Part shown: one piece after another, positions 10,633 through 20,499 of the stretch
Layout: each line of letters starts with the position of its first letter
Position numbering within the stretch: position 1 is the first letter of the stretch
Virus record (IMG/VR): IMGVR_UViG_3300025137_000017
Coordinates: 71,612-135,611 of that record
Source: a virus
Reading direction: 5' to 3' (one strand)
Length of the DNA: 64,000 bases
Program-made: the position numbers and the translations under genes
Notes under the pieces: generated by a model
What the model was told of the DNA's origin: nothing
Seen by the model: only the letters and a program-made list of their open reading frames with translations
The model's database searches: none

Positions 10633-11139
10633 ATGAAATCTTATAAAGAATATCTAAAAGAATCAAAACAATCTTATAAGTTTCGTGTGAAATTAGCTCA
10701 AGAGCTTTCGGATGAACAAATAGATAAGATTGAACGTCATCTTGGAAAGTATGATGTAAAGAGCGTAAGTGCTCCTAAAAAATTAATGCTACAAAGCACA
10801 CCCTATGATTTTCCTACCCTACGTGGATATGAAATTATTGTTATGGAATTTGAAACAGACAGAGTTGCAAGTGCCTATCAAATACAGGTGGAGCTCAGTA
10901 ATTTGTTGGGTCTGGGAGAGGGTCTAATGAAAGTTCGCAGTGAGCATGAACCATTAGAAAAGCAAGAACAATCAGCATTGGAAGGTTCGGATAAAGATGC
11001 CGAAGCCCTACTTGCAGATGGTAACTATAGTGAAGCTGAAAAAATTGACGGCAAAGATTACTATGGTGACAAGTACAACACTAAGTTCGTACAGGAATTA
11101 CTAGCTCTCCGAAAAACTAAAGAGAAGGAAAGCAAATGA
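10633..11139 (+). CDS. head-associated protein with T4-type capsid-targeting N-terminus
   Basis: MKSYKEYLKE/S closely resembles T4 internal-protein CTS MKTYQEFIAE; late TAAATA at 10608. Confidence 0.55.
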   Translation: MKSYKEYLKESKQSYKFRVKLAQELSDEQIDKIERHLGKYDVKSVSAPKKLMLQSTPYDFPTLRGYEIIVMEFETDRVASAYQIQVELSNLLGLGEGLMKVRSEHEPLEKQEQSALEGSDKDAEALLADGNYSEAEKIDGKDYYGDKYNTKFVQELLALRKTKEKESK

Positions 11140-12242
11140 GCGACTTAGACAGAATTTTAAAACTATCTGGTTTAGTACAAGGCAATGGCTTTGAAGCACC
11201 AGTACAAGAGGGCAAGATGTCCGATTTAGATATTGATGCACAAGACAATAGCAGAGAAGCCTTTATTGAAATGCATTCAAGTACATTAGGCGGCGCAGAA
11301 GCAGCCGGAAAATTTTGGGACGATTCTAAAGAATCAAGAGAAGTAAATGAAGGACCAAGTGTACCATTAAAGAAGTATAGTAATAGTGGTGACTCACAAG
11401 GCAAACATGATATGAAAAAACCAAAACATGATGGTTCACCTGATGATACTTACAGTTCAGCACCAATACAGGATCGAAGACGAGATGCATCAAAGGATAG
11501 ACCAGGTCCTAAATCCACACCAACATATCCAAATAGTGGCGACTCACAGGGCAAACATGATATGAAGGTACCAACAGATTACGGTAGTGATACTTATAGT
11601 TCAGCACCAATACAGAAACGAAGACGCGATAAATCAAAAGATAGAACAACAGAAGCAGTAGGTTCCTTTGCAGAACCAATGTATGATTTATGTGATGAAG
11701 TAGGTTGTGATCCAGATCATCCAATATTTGCAGAACTAATTAGATATTTAGATGGTGATACTATTAAAGACTTTGTAGACGAATATCGTAGAGTTAATGA
11801 CTATGGCAATGGACTAGAGCCTGATAACATTAATGCTGGTGCATATGAGTCAGAGGTTACTGAAGAGCCAGTACAAGAAGCTGAAGGCAATAGAACAATA
11901 GAAGTCAACAAAGACATTCAACTAGCAGGCGATAGCATCTGGGATAAACGCAATGAAAACATGACACAAATGGTTCATGTTAAAGAAATTGAAATTTATG
12001 AAGATGAAGATGGTTATCTAAGTGTTACAGTTGAACATGATGGACCTTGGGAAATTTATACTGACACAGCATTTCCAGAAGCAATTAGTGAATTATGTGA
12101 TTGTGATCTTGACTGGTCAGAACAAGGAATGCAAGACGAAGGAATGGCACACCTTGAAGGCGAATTAATGGAAGCATACGAAAGTAAGGGTTCTATTAGC
12201 GAAACATTTCATACAGAACTTATGAGAGAACTAAAAGACTAA
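11136..12242 (+). CDS. acidic head/prohead core-like protein with internal repeat
   Basis: Starts MSDLDRILKLSGL; many xxE/(G,A,S) putative protease sites; duplicated ~40-aa segment. Confidence 0.55.
   Translation: MSDLDRILKLSGLVQGNGFEAPVQEGKMSDLDIDAQDNSREAFIEMHSSTLGGAEAAGKFWDDSKESREVNEGPSVPLKKYSNSGDSQGKHDMKKPKHDGSPDDTYSSAPIQDRRRDASKDRPGPKSTPTYPNSGDSQGKHDMKVPTDYGSDTYSSAPIQKRRRDKSKDRTTEAVGSFAEPMYDLCDEVGCDPDHPIFAELIRYLDGDTIKDFVDEYRRVNDYGNGLEPDNINAGAYESEVTEEPVQEAEGNRTIEVNKDIQLAGDSIWDKRNENMTQMVHVKEIEIYEDEDGYLSVTVEHDGPWEIYTDTAFPEAISELCDCDLDWSEQGMQDEGMAHLEGELMEAYESKGSISETFHTELMRELKD
11382..11645 (+). repeat. imperfect direct repeat (11382-11501 and 11532-11645)
   Basis: NSGDSQGKHDMK...DTYSSAPIQxRRRDxSKDR occurs twice, also at the DNA level. 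Confidence 0.9.
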
Positions 12243-12288
12243 CTGTCCACGAGGGTGGTTTTATTGATTTTTAAAGGAGATCAAACAA

Positions 12289-13308
12289 ATGAATGAACTA
12301 GAAAGAATTCTTAATCTAGCAGGAGTAAGTTATGAGGCTCCAAAGAAGATTGAAGAAACAACAGAAATTGCTGAAGATAATCCAAATTATGATTCAGCAC
12401 CGGGTGAAGAAGCTGCGAAGGCGGCAAGAAATAGACGAGATGATGACCAACTAGAACAAGACTACCAGGCTAATAGACAACGTAAAAAACGTAGAATCAA
12501 AGATCTAATATCCAACAATCCAGCAAGTGAATTTAGTCACATGTATAAAGAAGATGATCTTGATGAAGCACCAAACGAAGGTAACGAATTTTCAGGCAAT
12601 CGTAAGGCGGCTATTGATGCTGGCGAAGACGAGTTTGAAGTAGACGGAAAGAAATATAAAGTCTCCGGAAACAAAAACGAGTCAATCGAAGAAGACGAAG
12701 AGCAACTAGACGAAGAGCAAAGCCAAGCACAAAAAGACGCATTTGCAAAAATGTTAGCTAAGAAAAAAGGCGACAAAAAAGACACAATAGACCATGAAAA
12801 GCAACATGTTAAAGAAGACGATGTTGAAGAAATTGTAGAAGCAGAAGAAGGCAAAATGCCATCCAAAGCAGAAGTAATGAAATGTTGTGAAGACGGAATG
12901 AGTGAAGCAGAGATTTGTAAAAAGTATCCAGATTGTGATCAAGAAAAACTTAAAGAGATGTGTAAAGATTGCAAAGCGGAAATGAACGATGTAAAAGAAT
13001 CATTAGAGGTTGTTGAAGAATCACCTACAATGGACACTACACAGTTAATTACATTACTTAAAAACTCAGGTATTAGTGAAGATCAGATTGCTAATCGTTT
13101 AAAAATAATTGAGGAAGAGTTCGGAAACACTCCAGAAGGCGTTGGTGAAACAGAGCCTACAGTACATGGTAGTGATGACAACTATAACTTTGCACAAGCA
13201 GTAAACCTAAGTCTAAAAAGATATTTGGATGCACATGATATGAAAGTTTCAGTAACAGAGCATACAAAAGAAGATTTAACAGCAAAGTATCTAGCTTCTA
13301 AGAAGTAA
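12289..13308 (+). CDS. acidic head/prohead core-like protein
   Basis: Starts MNELERILNLAGV; very E/D-rich with LDE/A, VKE/S, VVEE/S-type sites. Confidence 0.55.
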   Translation: MNELERILNLAGVSYEAPKKIEETTEIAEDNPNYDSAPGEEAAKAARNRRDDDQLEQDYQANRQRKKRRIKDLISNNPASEFSHMYKEDDLDEAPNEGNEFSGNRKAAIDAGEDEFEVDGKKYKVSGNKNESIEEDEEQLDEEQSQAQKDAFAKMLAKKKGDKKDTIDHEKQHVKEDDVEEIVEAEEGKMPSKAEVMKCCEDGMSEAEICKKYPDCDQEKLKEMCKDCKAEMNDVKESLEVVEESPTMDTTQLITLLKNSGISEDQIANRLKIIEEEFGNTPEGVGETEPTVHGSDDNYNFAQAVNLSLKRYLDAHDMKVSVTEHTKEDLTAKYLASKK

Positions 13309-13309
13309 A

Positions 13310-13978
13310 ATGCACGGATTAAACTATTCATTGAATGGTGATATACGAAGATTGAACATTGATTCCAGTAGCAGATGTAATCTATCATGTCCAGGATGTG
13401 GCAGGACAAGAGACATTGCTAATGGAACTAATGGTTCAATTGAAGACATGCCAATGGAATACTTCAAAGCACTGGTACGTCCAGAAAATAGAATTACCCA
13501 ACTAACATATAATTTTGCACTAAGTGATCCTATCTACAGTGGTGTAGTTCTAGATCAACTAGCACATATAAACACATTAGACAATAGACCTATTGTCAAT
13601 TTTAGTACCAATGCGAGTGGTCGTAAACCCAAATGGTGGATTAAATTTGCAGGTCTATTGCGAGAACGAGATAAAGTAGAGTTTGCAATTGACGGACTGG
13701 AAGATACTAATCACTTATACAGAGTTAATTCAAAATGGGATAGTATTATGTTGGGTGCTAAAACCCTAAGAAAACATTGGAATCCACCGCCTGGTGGGGG
13801 AATGATGTGGCGTTATGTTATATTTGAACATAACTATCATCAAGTAGCTGAAGCAAAAAAACTAGCAATTGAACTAGGCTTTAATAGATTTAGGCCTGTT
13901 GTAGGGGATAAAAGAACACCCCAACATATGCGATTAAAAAGTAGAACTTGGGAAGAGATAGAACATGATCTATCCTAA
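13310..13978 (+). CDS. radical SAM protein (core domain only)
   Basis: CNLSCPGC (CxxxCxxC), STNAS, FAIDGLEDTNHLYR, IFEHNYHQV. Confidence 0.85.
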   Translation: MHGLNYSLNGDIRRLNIDSSSRCNLSCPGCGRTRDIANGTNGSIEDMPMEYFKALVRPENRITQLTYNFALSDPIYSGVVLDQLAHINTLDNRPIVNFSTNASGRKPKWWIKFAGLLRERDKVEFAIDGLEDTNHLYRVNSKWDSIMLGAKTLRKHWNPPPGGGMMWRYVIFEHNYHQVAEAKKLAIELGFNRFRPVVGDKRTPQHMRLKSRTWEEIEHDLS

Positions 13979-14285
13979 ATGCAAACATAAAGAAAAACAA
14001 GTACCTGCTGTTAGATATGATGGCTATGTGGTTCCTTGTTGTCACTTCGGAAACTGGAATGATATTGAAGTATTCAGAGAACGCATGGGAGATCTTGTGG
14101 AAACAATGCATATAACTAATGGTACTCTAGATGAAATTAATAATAGTCTAGCTTGGAAGTTTATTGAAGATAGTTTTGATAATGAACCATTTGCTAGATG
14201 TGTTCAACATTGTAGTGATCCAGAAAACTACAAAAAAACTAAAAGTAATGTAGGAGCAGACTTTAAAGTAATAAGTTTAGAATAA
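13965..14285 (+). CDS. stand-alone SPASM/twitch Fe-S domain protein
   Basis: C..., VRYDGYVVPCC, NGTLDEI, CxxxC (CVQHC); overlaps radical SAM stop. Confidence 0.7.
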   Translation: MIYPKCKHKEKQVPAVRYDGYVVPCCHFGNWNDIEVFRERMGDLVETMHITNGTLDEINNSLAWKFIEDSFDNEPFARCVQHCSDPENYKKTKSNVGADFKVISLE

Positions 14286-14533
14286 TGATGGTTTGGGAGA
14301 CATTTATAATATGCTTGGTATTCTTATTAGTTATCATGGCGGCCATGAGTATAGGCCTCCTGAGAGGCCGACGTGTAAAAGGGAGTTGCGGTGGTGCTAC
14401 CGGCGTTTGCTCTGTATGTGGCGAAGACAATGCAAAAGAAAAGATAGTTATCAAAGGTGAAGAACATTTAAAACGTCCTGAGCCAACACGTTACGGAACG
14501 TGGGAAAGTAAAGGCACAGATGTCGACTTTTGA
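14285..14533 (+). CDS. nqrM: NqrM-like (DUF539) membrane-anchored Cys-rich protein
   Basis: TM helix FLLVIMAAMSIG followed by KGSCGG...CSVC, the NqrM signature. Confidence 0.65.
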   Translation: MMVWETFIICLVFLLVIMAAMSIGLLRGRRVKGSCGGATGVCSVCGEDNAKEKIVIKGEEHLKRPEPTRYGTWESKGTDVDF

Positions 14534-14544
14534 TAAATATGTAG

Positions 14545-14638
14545 GTAACGCTTAGGACCCGCTGTTACAGGCGTCAAGGTTACTGTTTATCCTTAAGGAC
14601 ATGGTTCGCTACTCTTGTCTTTTAAAAAACAGACTTTT
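14545..14638 (+). ncRNA. candidate late-transcribed two-hairpin small RNA
   Basis: TAAATA at 14534-14539 puts +1 at 14545, the first base of stem GTAAC/GTTAC; second stem (C)TGTTT..AAGGACA/TGTCTTT..AAACAG with TTCGCTAC loop; T-run follows; next gene has its own promoter. Confidence 0.55.
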
Positions 14639-14655
14639 AACAGATAAATATTAAT

Positions 14656-15339
14656 ATGAATAAATTATTTGCATTTGGTTGTAGTATGACAAGAGGAGAT
14701 GCATTAGATGATATATGGGATTTCGAACTCAAGCAGACAGATCCAGATGCAGGTCCAAGTAAATATTCCTGGCCACAAATCCTAGCAAACAATATGAATT
14801 TAGATTGTGTTAACTTAGGAGAAAGTGGTGCTAGTAATAAACAGATTTGGTATAGATTGGTAACTACACATATGACAGAAGTCGATATAGCATTTGTACA
14901 ATGGACATCAGTAAATAGATGGTGTGTACTAAATGATGACAAAATACAACAGATTAATTCATTTCGTACAAGCAAACAATCCCTAGCATATTATGGGAAT
15001 CTACACACTGATATTGATTCAGACTATGATGCAAATTTAAGAATGAGTCATGCAGATTATCATGCTAAAAGTATTGGGGTTAAGTTATATCATCTAACAT
15101 TTGATAAATCAAGTCTATCCGATAACTTACCTTTTAATACAACAGAAACACTTAATAGTGATTTACATGAACTTCAAAGAGATATCCATAAAGAATATAC
15201 AACAGATACACAGGATTTTAATACTGGACACAGCATGACAAGAGGATCTGCCAATGATAAAACTGATAAAAAATTGGGACATCCTTGTGCTATCACACAT
15301 AAATTACATGCATACAATCTATACGAGGAGATTTCCTAA
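14656..15339 (+). CDS. SGNH/GDSL hydrolase-like protein
   Basis: FGCSMTRG (block I), NLGESGASN (block II), VQWT, C-terminal GHP; leaderless from TAAATA 14645. Confidence 0.6.
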   Translation: MNKLFAFGCSMTRGDALDDIWDFELKQTDPDAGPSKYSWPQILANNMNLDCVNLGESGASNKQIWYRLVTTHMTEVDIAFVQWTSVNRWCVLNDDKIQQINSFRTSKQSLAYYGNLHTDIDSDYDANLRMSHADYHAKSIGVKLYHLTFDKSSLSDNLPFNTTETLNSDLHELQRDIHKEYTTDTQDFNTGHSMTRGSANDKTDKKLGHPCAITHKLHAYNLYEEIS

Positions 15340-16889
15340 TGGCAGTAGATACCAAACTAACTAAAACTCCCTATAAGAGAGAAGAATACACAAGTGATCA
15401 ACTGGTTGAACTTGCCAGGTGTGCGGCTGACCCCAAACACTTTATGCTAAAGTATTGTTATATTCAGCATCCTGTTAAAGGAAGAATGTTATTTACATTA
15501 TATGATTATCAAGTTGGACTGGTAGATGTATATCACAATAATAGATACAGTATCAGTATGTTAGCACGACAAACAGGTAAGTCAACCTGTGCGGCAGGAT
15601 ATCTGTTATGGTATGCTATGTTTAATCCTGATCAAACTATTCTAATCGCGGCTCACAAATACAGTGGTGCCCAAGAGATTATGCAACGTATACGATTTGC
15701 ATACGAACTATTACCTGACTTTATTAGAGCTGGTGTAACTGCTTATAACAAAGGTAGTTTAGAGTTTGATAATGGAAGTCGTATTATTGCACAAGCAACA
15801 ACAGACAATACAGGACGTGGTTTGTCTATATCACTAGTATACTTAGACGAGTTTGCATTTGTTAGACCAACTATAGCCCGTGAGTTCTGGACCTCACTAT
15901 CGCCTACACTAGCAACAGGTGGTAAATGTATCATTACAAGCACTCCTAATCAGGACGATGATCAATTTGCACAAATATGGAATGAAGCCCTAAAAAATAT
16001 TGATGAATTTGGTAATGAAACTACAACAGGCAGGAATGGATTCGCACACTTTTTAGCTAATTGGGAAGTACATCCTGATAGAGATCAAAAATGGGCAGAA
16101 TTAGAAGAAGCTAAAATTGGTGAAGAACGATTTAGACGTGAACACAACTGTGAATTTATTGCATTTGATGAAACACTTGTAGACAGTATAAGACTAGCAA
16201 TGATGGAAGGTAAAAACCCATATGCTAAACAAGGACAAGTACGTTGGTATAAGCCTGTAGTTAAAGAAGCAATATACATGATTGGATTAGATCCTAGTTT
16301 AGGTACTGGTGGAGATAATGCGGCTATACAGGTATATGAACTTCCGGGTATGAAACAAGTAGCAGAATGGCAACACAATAAAACACCCGTTCAACAACAG
16401 ATTCGTATACTACAACAGATAGGCAATTACCTAGCAGAAGAAGGTGTTAATAAAGATAATGTATACTATAGCATAGAAAATAATACTCTTGGCGAAGCTG
16501 CTCTTGTAATGCTGGAAGAGATTGGTGAAGAGCATTTAGTAGGTACAATGCTAACAGAACCTAAACGTAGAGGAATGGGTAGAATTCGTAAAGGTTTTAC
16601 TACAACACACAAAAGTAAAATTGCCGCCTGTGCCAAACTAAAGCATTGGATAGAAAGCGATAGAGTGGAGATTGCTAGTAAGAATCTACTTCGTGAGTTA
16701 AAGACGTTTGTAGCCAGAGGACAAAGTTTCTCAGCAAAAGAAGGTGAATCTGATGATCTAGTAATGGCACTTATACTTGTTGTTAGAATGGCACAAGAAA
16801 TTACAAAATATGATGACAATGCCTTTGATGCATTAACAGAAATGAATGAAGATGATTACGAAGAACCTATGCCAATGAGCTTTTTATAA
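15339..16889 (+). CDS. terminase large subunit (gp17-like)
   Basis: ARQTGKS Walker A, YLDEFAF Walker B, ITSTPN, GLDPSLG nuclease Asp, DDLVMAL. Confidence 0.95.
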   Translation: MAVDTKLTKTPYKREEYTSDQLVELARCAADPKHFMLKYCYIQHPVKGRMLFTLYDYQVGLVDVYHNNRYSISMLARQTGKSTCAAGYLLWYAMFNPDQTILIAAHKYSGAQEIMQRIRFAYELLPDFIRAGVTAYNKGSLEFDNGSRIIAQATTDNTGRGLSISLVYLDEFAFVRPTIAREFWTSLSPTLATGGKCIITSTPNQDDDQFAQIWNEALKNIDEFGNETTTGRNGFAHFLANWEVHPDRDQKWAELEEAKIGEERFRREHNCEFIAFDETLVDSIRLAMMEGKNPYAKQGQVRWYKPVVKEAIYMIGLDPSLGTGGDNAAIQVYELPGMKQVAEWQHNKTPVQQQIRILQQIGNYLAEEGVNKDNVYYSIENNTLGEAALVMLEEIGEEHLVGTMLTEPKRRGMGRIRKGFTTTHKSKIAACAKLKHWIESDRVEIASKNLLRELKTFVARGQSFSAKEGESDDLVMALILVVRMAQEITKYDDNAFDALTEMNEDDYEEPMPMSFL

Positions 16890-16928
16890 CTCTAAAGGCA
16901 TAAATACTATTATAGGAGAACACTACAC

Positions 16929-18197
16929 GTGACTAACATAGCAGATGAAATATTTAATATACTAAAAGGATCAAACTATAAGGTGAGACTTTTTACATCT
17001 GAAGGGATTAAAACACTTAATCCAGAAGAAGCCACACGTTTTTATGCTTACGATCAAGACTTAATGATCACCCTCAGACAGGATGAAGCAAAAAACGAAA
17101 TAGTTGTTCAAGCTGGAGCCGGATACGATATTCCAGGCAACAAGAAATTATTAGATAGTGTCAAATCAGTGGCACACAAAAATCTAGGAGAGTATACTGT
17201 GAGAAAATTCGATAAAGAAATTGCACCAAAAGACTTTGCACACCAGAGTGTTAAAGAAGGATTTAGCAAACCATTTGGTAGCGTAAAAACAAGTTATATC
17301 CAAAGCCCTAATGCAAAATTAGTTATTAAGCATAAGCAAGGAATTGATGAAGAAAGACGTGGCGCCCGTAGTAGAAACATTCAAGCACTCTTTATTGAGA
17401 ACTCACAAGGTGAAAGATTTTCGTTCCCCCATAGATATATGGCAGGAGCAAAAGCGATGGCGATGCACGTCAATGAAGGCGGTACTCCGTATGACGACAA
17501 AGGGGCAGCAATCCTCAGTCTATGTGAAGAGATCGCAGAACTTAACAAATTTGTAAGGCACGTTAAGTCAAATAATCTAGTTAACGAAGATAACAGTGAT
17601 ATTGTAGAAACAATTAGTAATAAATTGGGTGAGTACAAAAACACAGTTAAAAGTTTGTCAACCCTCAGAGGTTATAACAACTTTCAAGTTCAAGAGAATA
17701 AAGAAGAAATTAATGAGGTTGACGTTACAGAAAAATTCCTCTACAATACGTTCAAAACTGAAGAGCTAAATTCAATACTCTCAAAAGTTGGACGTATTGT
17801 AGCAGAAAACACAAGAAAAGAAAATGAAACAAAGGCAGCTATTAAACGTGTTGTAGACATTATTAATAGCGGAGCAGATTTAAAGATCACCTATAGTGAA
17901 GATGATCCAGAGCATCCAGATAATGAAGATCCTAAAAAGTATGCAGGACAATCTGGAGAGATGGCAAAAATGGCTTCACTACTATCATTCTTAGGACAGC
18001 GATCCAAGAACGATGATTTGTGGAACGCCATTACTGATCTAACAGGTGATGGACAACATATAAATAGTTTTAGCAGTAGAATAATTCAAAAGATTACTAA
18101 TTATATTGCTGCCAAAGCACAGGCAACTCCAGCAGTTGAAAGTATTATTGGATTAGACGAAGAAGCAATTCTTGAACTAAGAAAGAAAATATCTTAA
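16929..18197 (+). CDS. conserved virion/head protein
   Basis: GTG start with AGGAGA SD and TAAATA at 16901; RSRNIxALFIENxxGERF motif; VKE/G, VE/S putative cleavage sites. Confidence 0.6.
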   Translation: MTNIADEIFNILKGSNYKVRLFTSEGIKTLNPEEATRFYAYDQDLMITLRQDEAKNEIVVQAGAGYDIPGNKKLLDSVKSVAHKNLGEYTVRKFDKEIAPKDFAHQSVKEGFSKPFGSVKTSYIQSPNAKLVIKHKQGIDEERRGARSRNIQALFIENSQGERFSFPHRYMAGAKAMAMHVNEGGTPYDDKGAAILSLCEEIAELNKFVRHVKSNNLVNEDNSDIVETISNKLGEYKNTVKSLSTLRGYNNFQVQENKEEINEVDVTEKFLYNTFKTEELNSILSKVGRIVAENTRKENETKAAIKRVVDIINSGADLKITYSEDDPEHPDNEDPKKYAGQSGEMAKMASLLSFLGQRSKNDDLWNAITDLTGDGQHINSFSSRIIQKITNYIAAKAQATPAVESIIGLDEEAILELRKKIS

Positions 18198-18210
18198 AAT
18201 AGTTCAAAAA

Positions 18211-18244
18211 AGTACTTGACAGTAAGTACTATAAACGCTATACT
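18211..18244 (+). promoter_or_regulatory. sigma70-type promoter of SSB gene with inverted repeat over -35
   Basis: TTGACA(18216)-N17-TATACT(18239); AGTACTT-N6-AAGTACT at 18211-18230. Confidence 0.75.
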
Positions 18245-18340
18245 GTAAAGGCTAATAAAGGCAAACGTAGTTAAGAGCTACATTAACAAAGTGATACACA
18301 ATAGTATCGCTACTAACAAAGGCTAATATAGGAGAATATC

Positions 18341-19378
18341 ATGGCATCTTTGGCAGAAATTCGTGCGAAATTACTTGCACAAGAAACAAAATCCTCAGGA
18401 ACACGTTCCTCAGGTGGTGGCGATAACGCCATTTTCGCTCACTGGAATATTCCAGAAGGCACTTCCGCAACATTGCGTTTCCTCCCAGACTTAGACGAAA
18501 CTAATACGTTCTTTTGGAAAGAACGTCAAATGATTCGTATGGAATTCCCTGGTGTAGTAGGTGGTGATGAACACAAACCTGTTACAGTACAAGTTCCTTG
18601 TGTTGAAATGTGGGGAGATAGTTGCCCAGTACATGCAGAAATACGTCCTTGGTTTAAGGATGGTACAATGGAAGACATGGCTAGGAAGTATTGGAAGAAG
18701 AGAAGTTATATCTTCCAAGGCTTTGTAACACAGAGCGAACTACAGGAAGATACGGTTCCTGAAAATCCAATCCGTAGATTCGTTATAAGCCCACAAATCT
18801 TTAAGATTATAAGTCAGGCTTTGATGGATCCAGACTTCCCAGAAATTCCAACTGATTATGAGGCAGGCACAGACTTTAGAGTACAGAAGTCTACTAAAGG
18901 CCAGTATGCTGATTACTCAACATCTAATTGGGCTCGTAGAGAGCGTTCATTAGATCAAGTGGAACGTGATGCAATTGCAAATAATGGGTTGTTTAATCTC
19001 AATGACTTCCTTCCTAAGAAGCCAAGTCCAGAAGAGGTTGGTATTATATTTGAGATGTTTGAAGCAAGTGTAGATGGTCAGTTATATGATCCTGCTAGAT
19101 TTGCCGATTATTATCGTCCATATGGTGTAGAGGCGCCAGGCAATCGTAATGCAAATACTTCCTCAACTCCGGCACCTGCAATAGCACCGGCTCCAGTAGT
19201 ACCTCCAGTGGCACCGGCTCCAGTAGCACCTGTTCAAGAAGCAGTAATGCAACCAGCGCCTGTGGCAACACCTGAAGAGATGGGTGCAACTGTAACGACA
19301 GCACCTGCAAAGACTGACGATGCATCAACTAGTGCGGCGGACATCTTAGCAATGATTCGTCAACGTAAAGAAAATTAG
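18341..19378 (+). CDS. single-stranded DNA-binding protein, T4 gp32-like
   Basis: LRFLP, C...CPV, YWKKRSY, GTDF..K, YADYSTS; Pro/Ala linker and short C-terminal helix. Confidence 0.85.
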   Translation: MASLAEIRAKLLAQETKSSGTRSSGGGDNAIFAHWNIPEGTSATLRFLPDLDETNTFFWKERQMIRMEFPGVVGGDEHKPVTVQVPCVEMWGDSCPVHAEIRPWFKDGTMEDMARKYWKKRSYIFQGFVTQSELQEDTVPENPIRRFVISPQIFKIISQALMDPDFPEIPTDYEAGTDFRVQKSTKGQYADYSTSNWARRERSLDQVERDAIANNGLFNLNDFLPKKPSPEEVGIIFEMFEASVDGQLYDPARFADYYRPYGVEAPGNRNANTSSTPAPAIAPAPVVPPVAPAPVAPVQEAVMQPAPVATPEEMGATVTTAPAKTDDASTSAADILAMIRQRKEN

Positions 19379-19389
19379 GAGCAGTAAAA

Positions 19390-20499
19390 ATGGCTAGACC
19401 TTTTGACGTAAGTAAATTCCGCAAAAGTATCACCAAGGCAGTTCCAGGTTTGAGTGTTGGGTTTAACGATCCCGACACTTGGATCTCTACAGGAAATTTT
19501 ACCCTTAATAAATTAATTAGTGGAGACTTTGAAAAAGGTATTCCACTAGGTAAAGTTACTGTACTGGCTGGTGAATCAGGAGCAGGAAAAAGCTACATAG
19601 CCGCAGGCAATATTGTTAAAGCGGCACAAGAACAAGGCATATTTGTTATCTTAATTGATAGTGAGAATGCACTCGACGAAGCATGGTTACATGCATTAGA
19701 CGTCGACACAGGAGAAGATAAACTTCTCAAACTAAACATGAGTATGATTGATGATGTTGCTAAGACAGTATCAGACTTTATGAAGGACTATAAGCTGGAA
19801 TATGCAGATAAAGAAAGCGAAGAACGTCCTAAAGTATTGTTTGTAGTGGATTCCCTTGGTATGCTATTGACACCTACAGATGTTGATCAGTTCCAAAAGG
19901 GTGATATGAAAGGTGATATGGGTAGAAAACCTAAAGCACTAACATCATTAGTTCGTAACACAGTTAATATGTTTGGCGAATATAACGTTGGGCTATTAGC
20001 AACTAACCACACTTATGCATCACAGGACATGTTTGATCCAGATGATAAGATTAGTGGTGGACAAGGCTTTATCTATGCAAGTAGTATCGTTATTGCAATG
20101 CGAAAACTTAAATTAAAAGTAGACGCAGATGGTAATAAGACTACTACAGTAAATGGTATTAGAGCTGCATGTAAGGTAATGAAGACTCGTTATGCTAAAC
20201 CTTTTGAAAGTGTACAAGTTGAAATACCTTATGAAACTGGTATGAGCCCATATAGTGGACTAACTGAATTCTTTGAAGCAAAAGATATTCTAAAGAAAAG
20301 TGGTAATAGTCTAGAATATATTAGTCCAGTTACTGGTGAAGTAGTTAAAATGTTCCGTAAACCTTGGAATGCAAACAAAGATGGTGCATTAGATAAGGTT
20401 ATGATGGAGTTTGGTTCATTACCAGAAGAAGTGCAGGATGCAAATCCTGATGAGGTTCCTGATATAATGGTTGAAGAGGTAGAAGTAGATGAATCTTAA
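19390..20499 (+). CDS. uvsX: RecA/UvsX recombinase
   Basis: WISTG, AGESGAGKS, LIDSENA, VVDSLGML, TNHTY, SGGQGFIYASS. Confidence 0.9.
   Translation: MARPFDVSKFRKSITKAVPGLSVGFNDPDTWISTGNFTLNKLISGDFEKGIPLGKVTVLAGESGAGKSYIAAGNIVKAAQEQGIFVILIDSENALDEAWLHALDVDTGEDKLLKLNMSMIDDVAKTVSDFMKDYKLEYADKESEERPKVLFVVDSLGMLLTPTDVDQFQKGDMKGDMGRKPKALTSLVRNTVNMFGEYNVGLLATNHTYASQDMFDPDDKISGGQGFIYASSIVIAMRKLKLKVDADGNKTTTVNGIRAACKVMKTRYAKPFESVQVEIPYETGMSPYSGLTEFFEAKDILKKSGNSLEYISPVTGEVVKMFRKPWNANKDGALDKVMMEFGSLPEEVQDANPDEVPDIMVEEVEVDES

Noticed and set aside
19188-19320. GCACCGGCTCCAGTAG repeats in SSB gene
   Set aside because: Explained by the Pro/Ala-rich linker coding sequence
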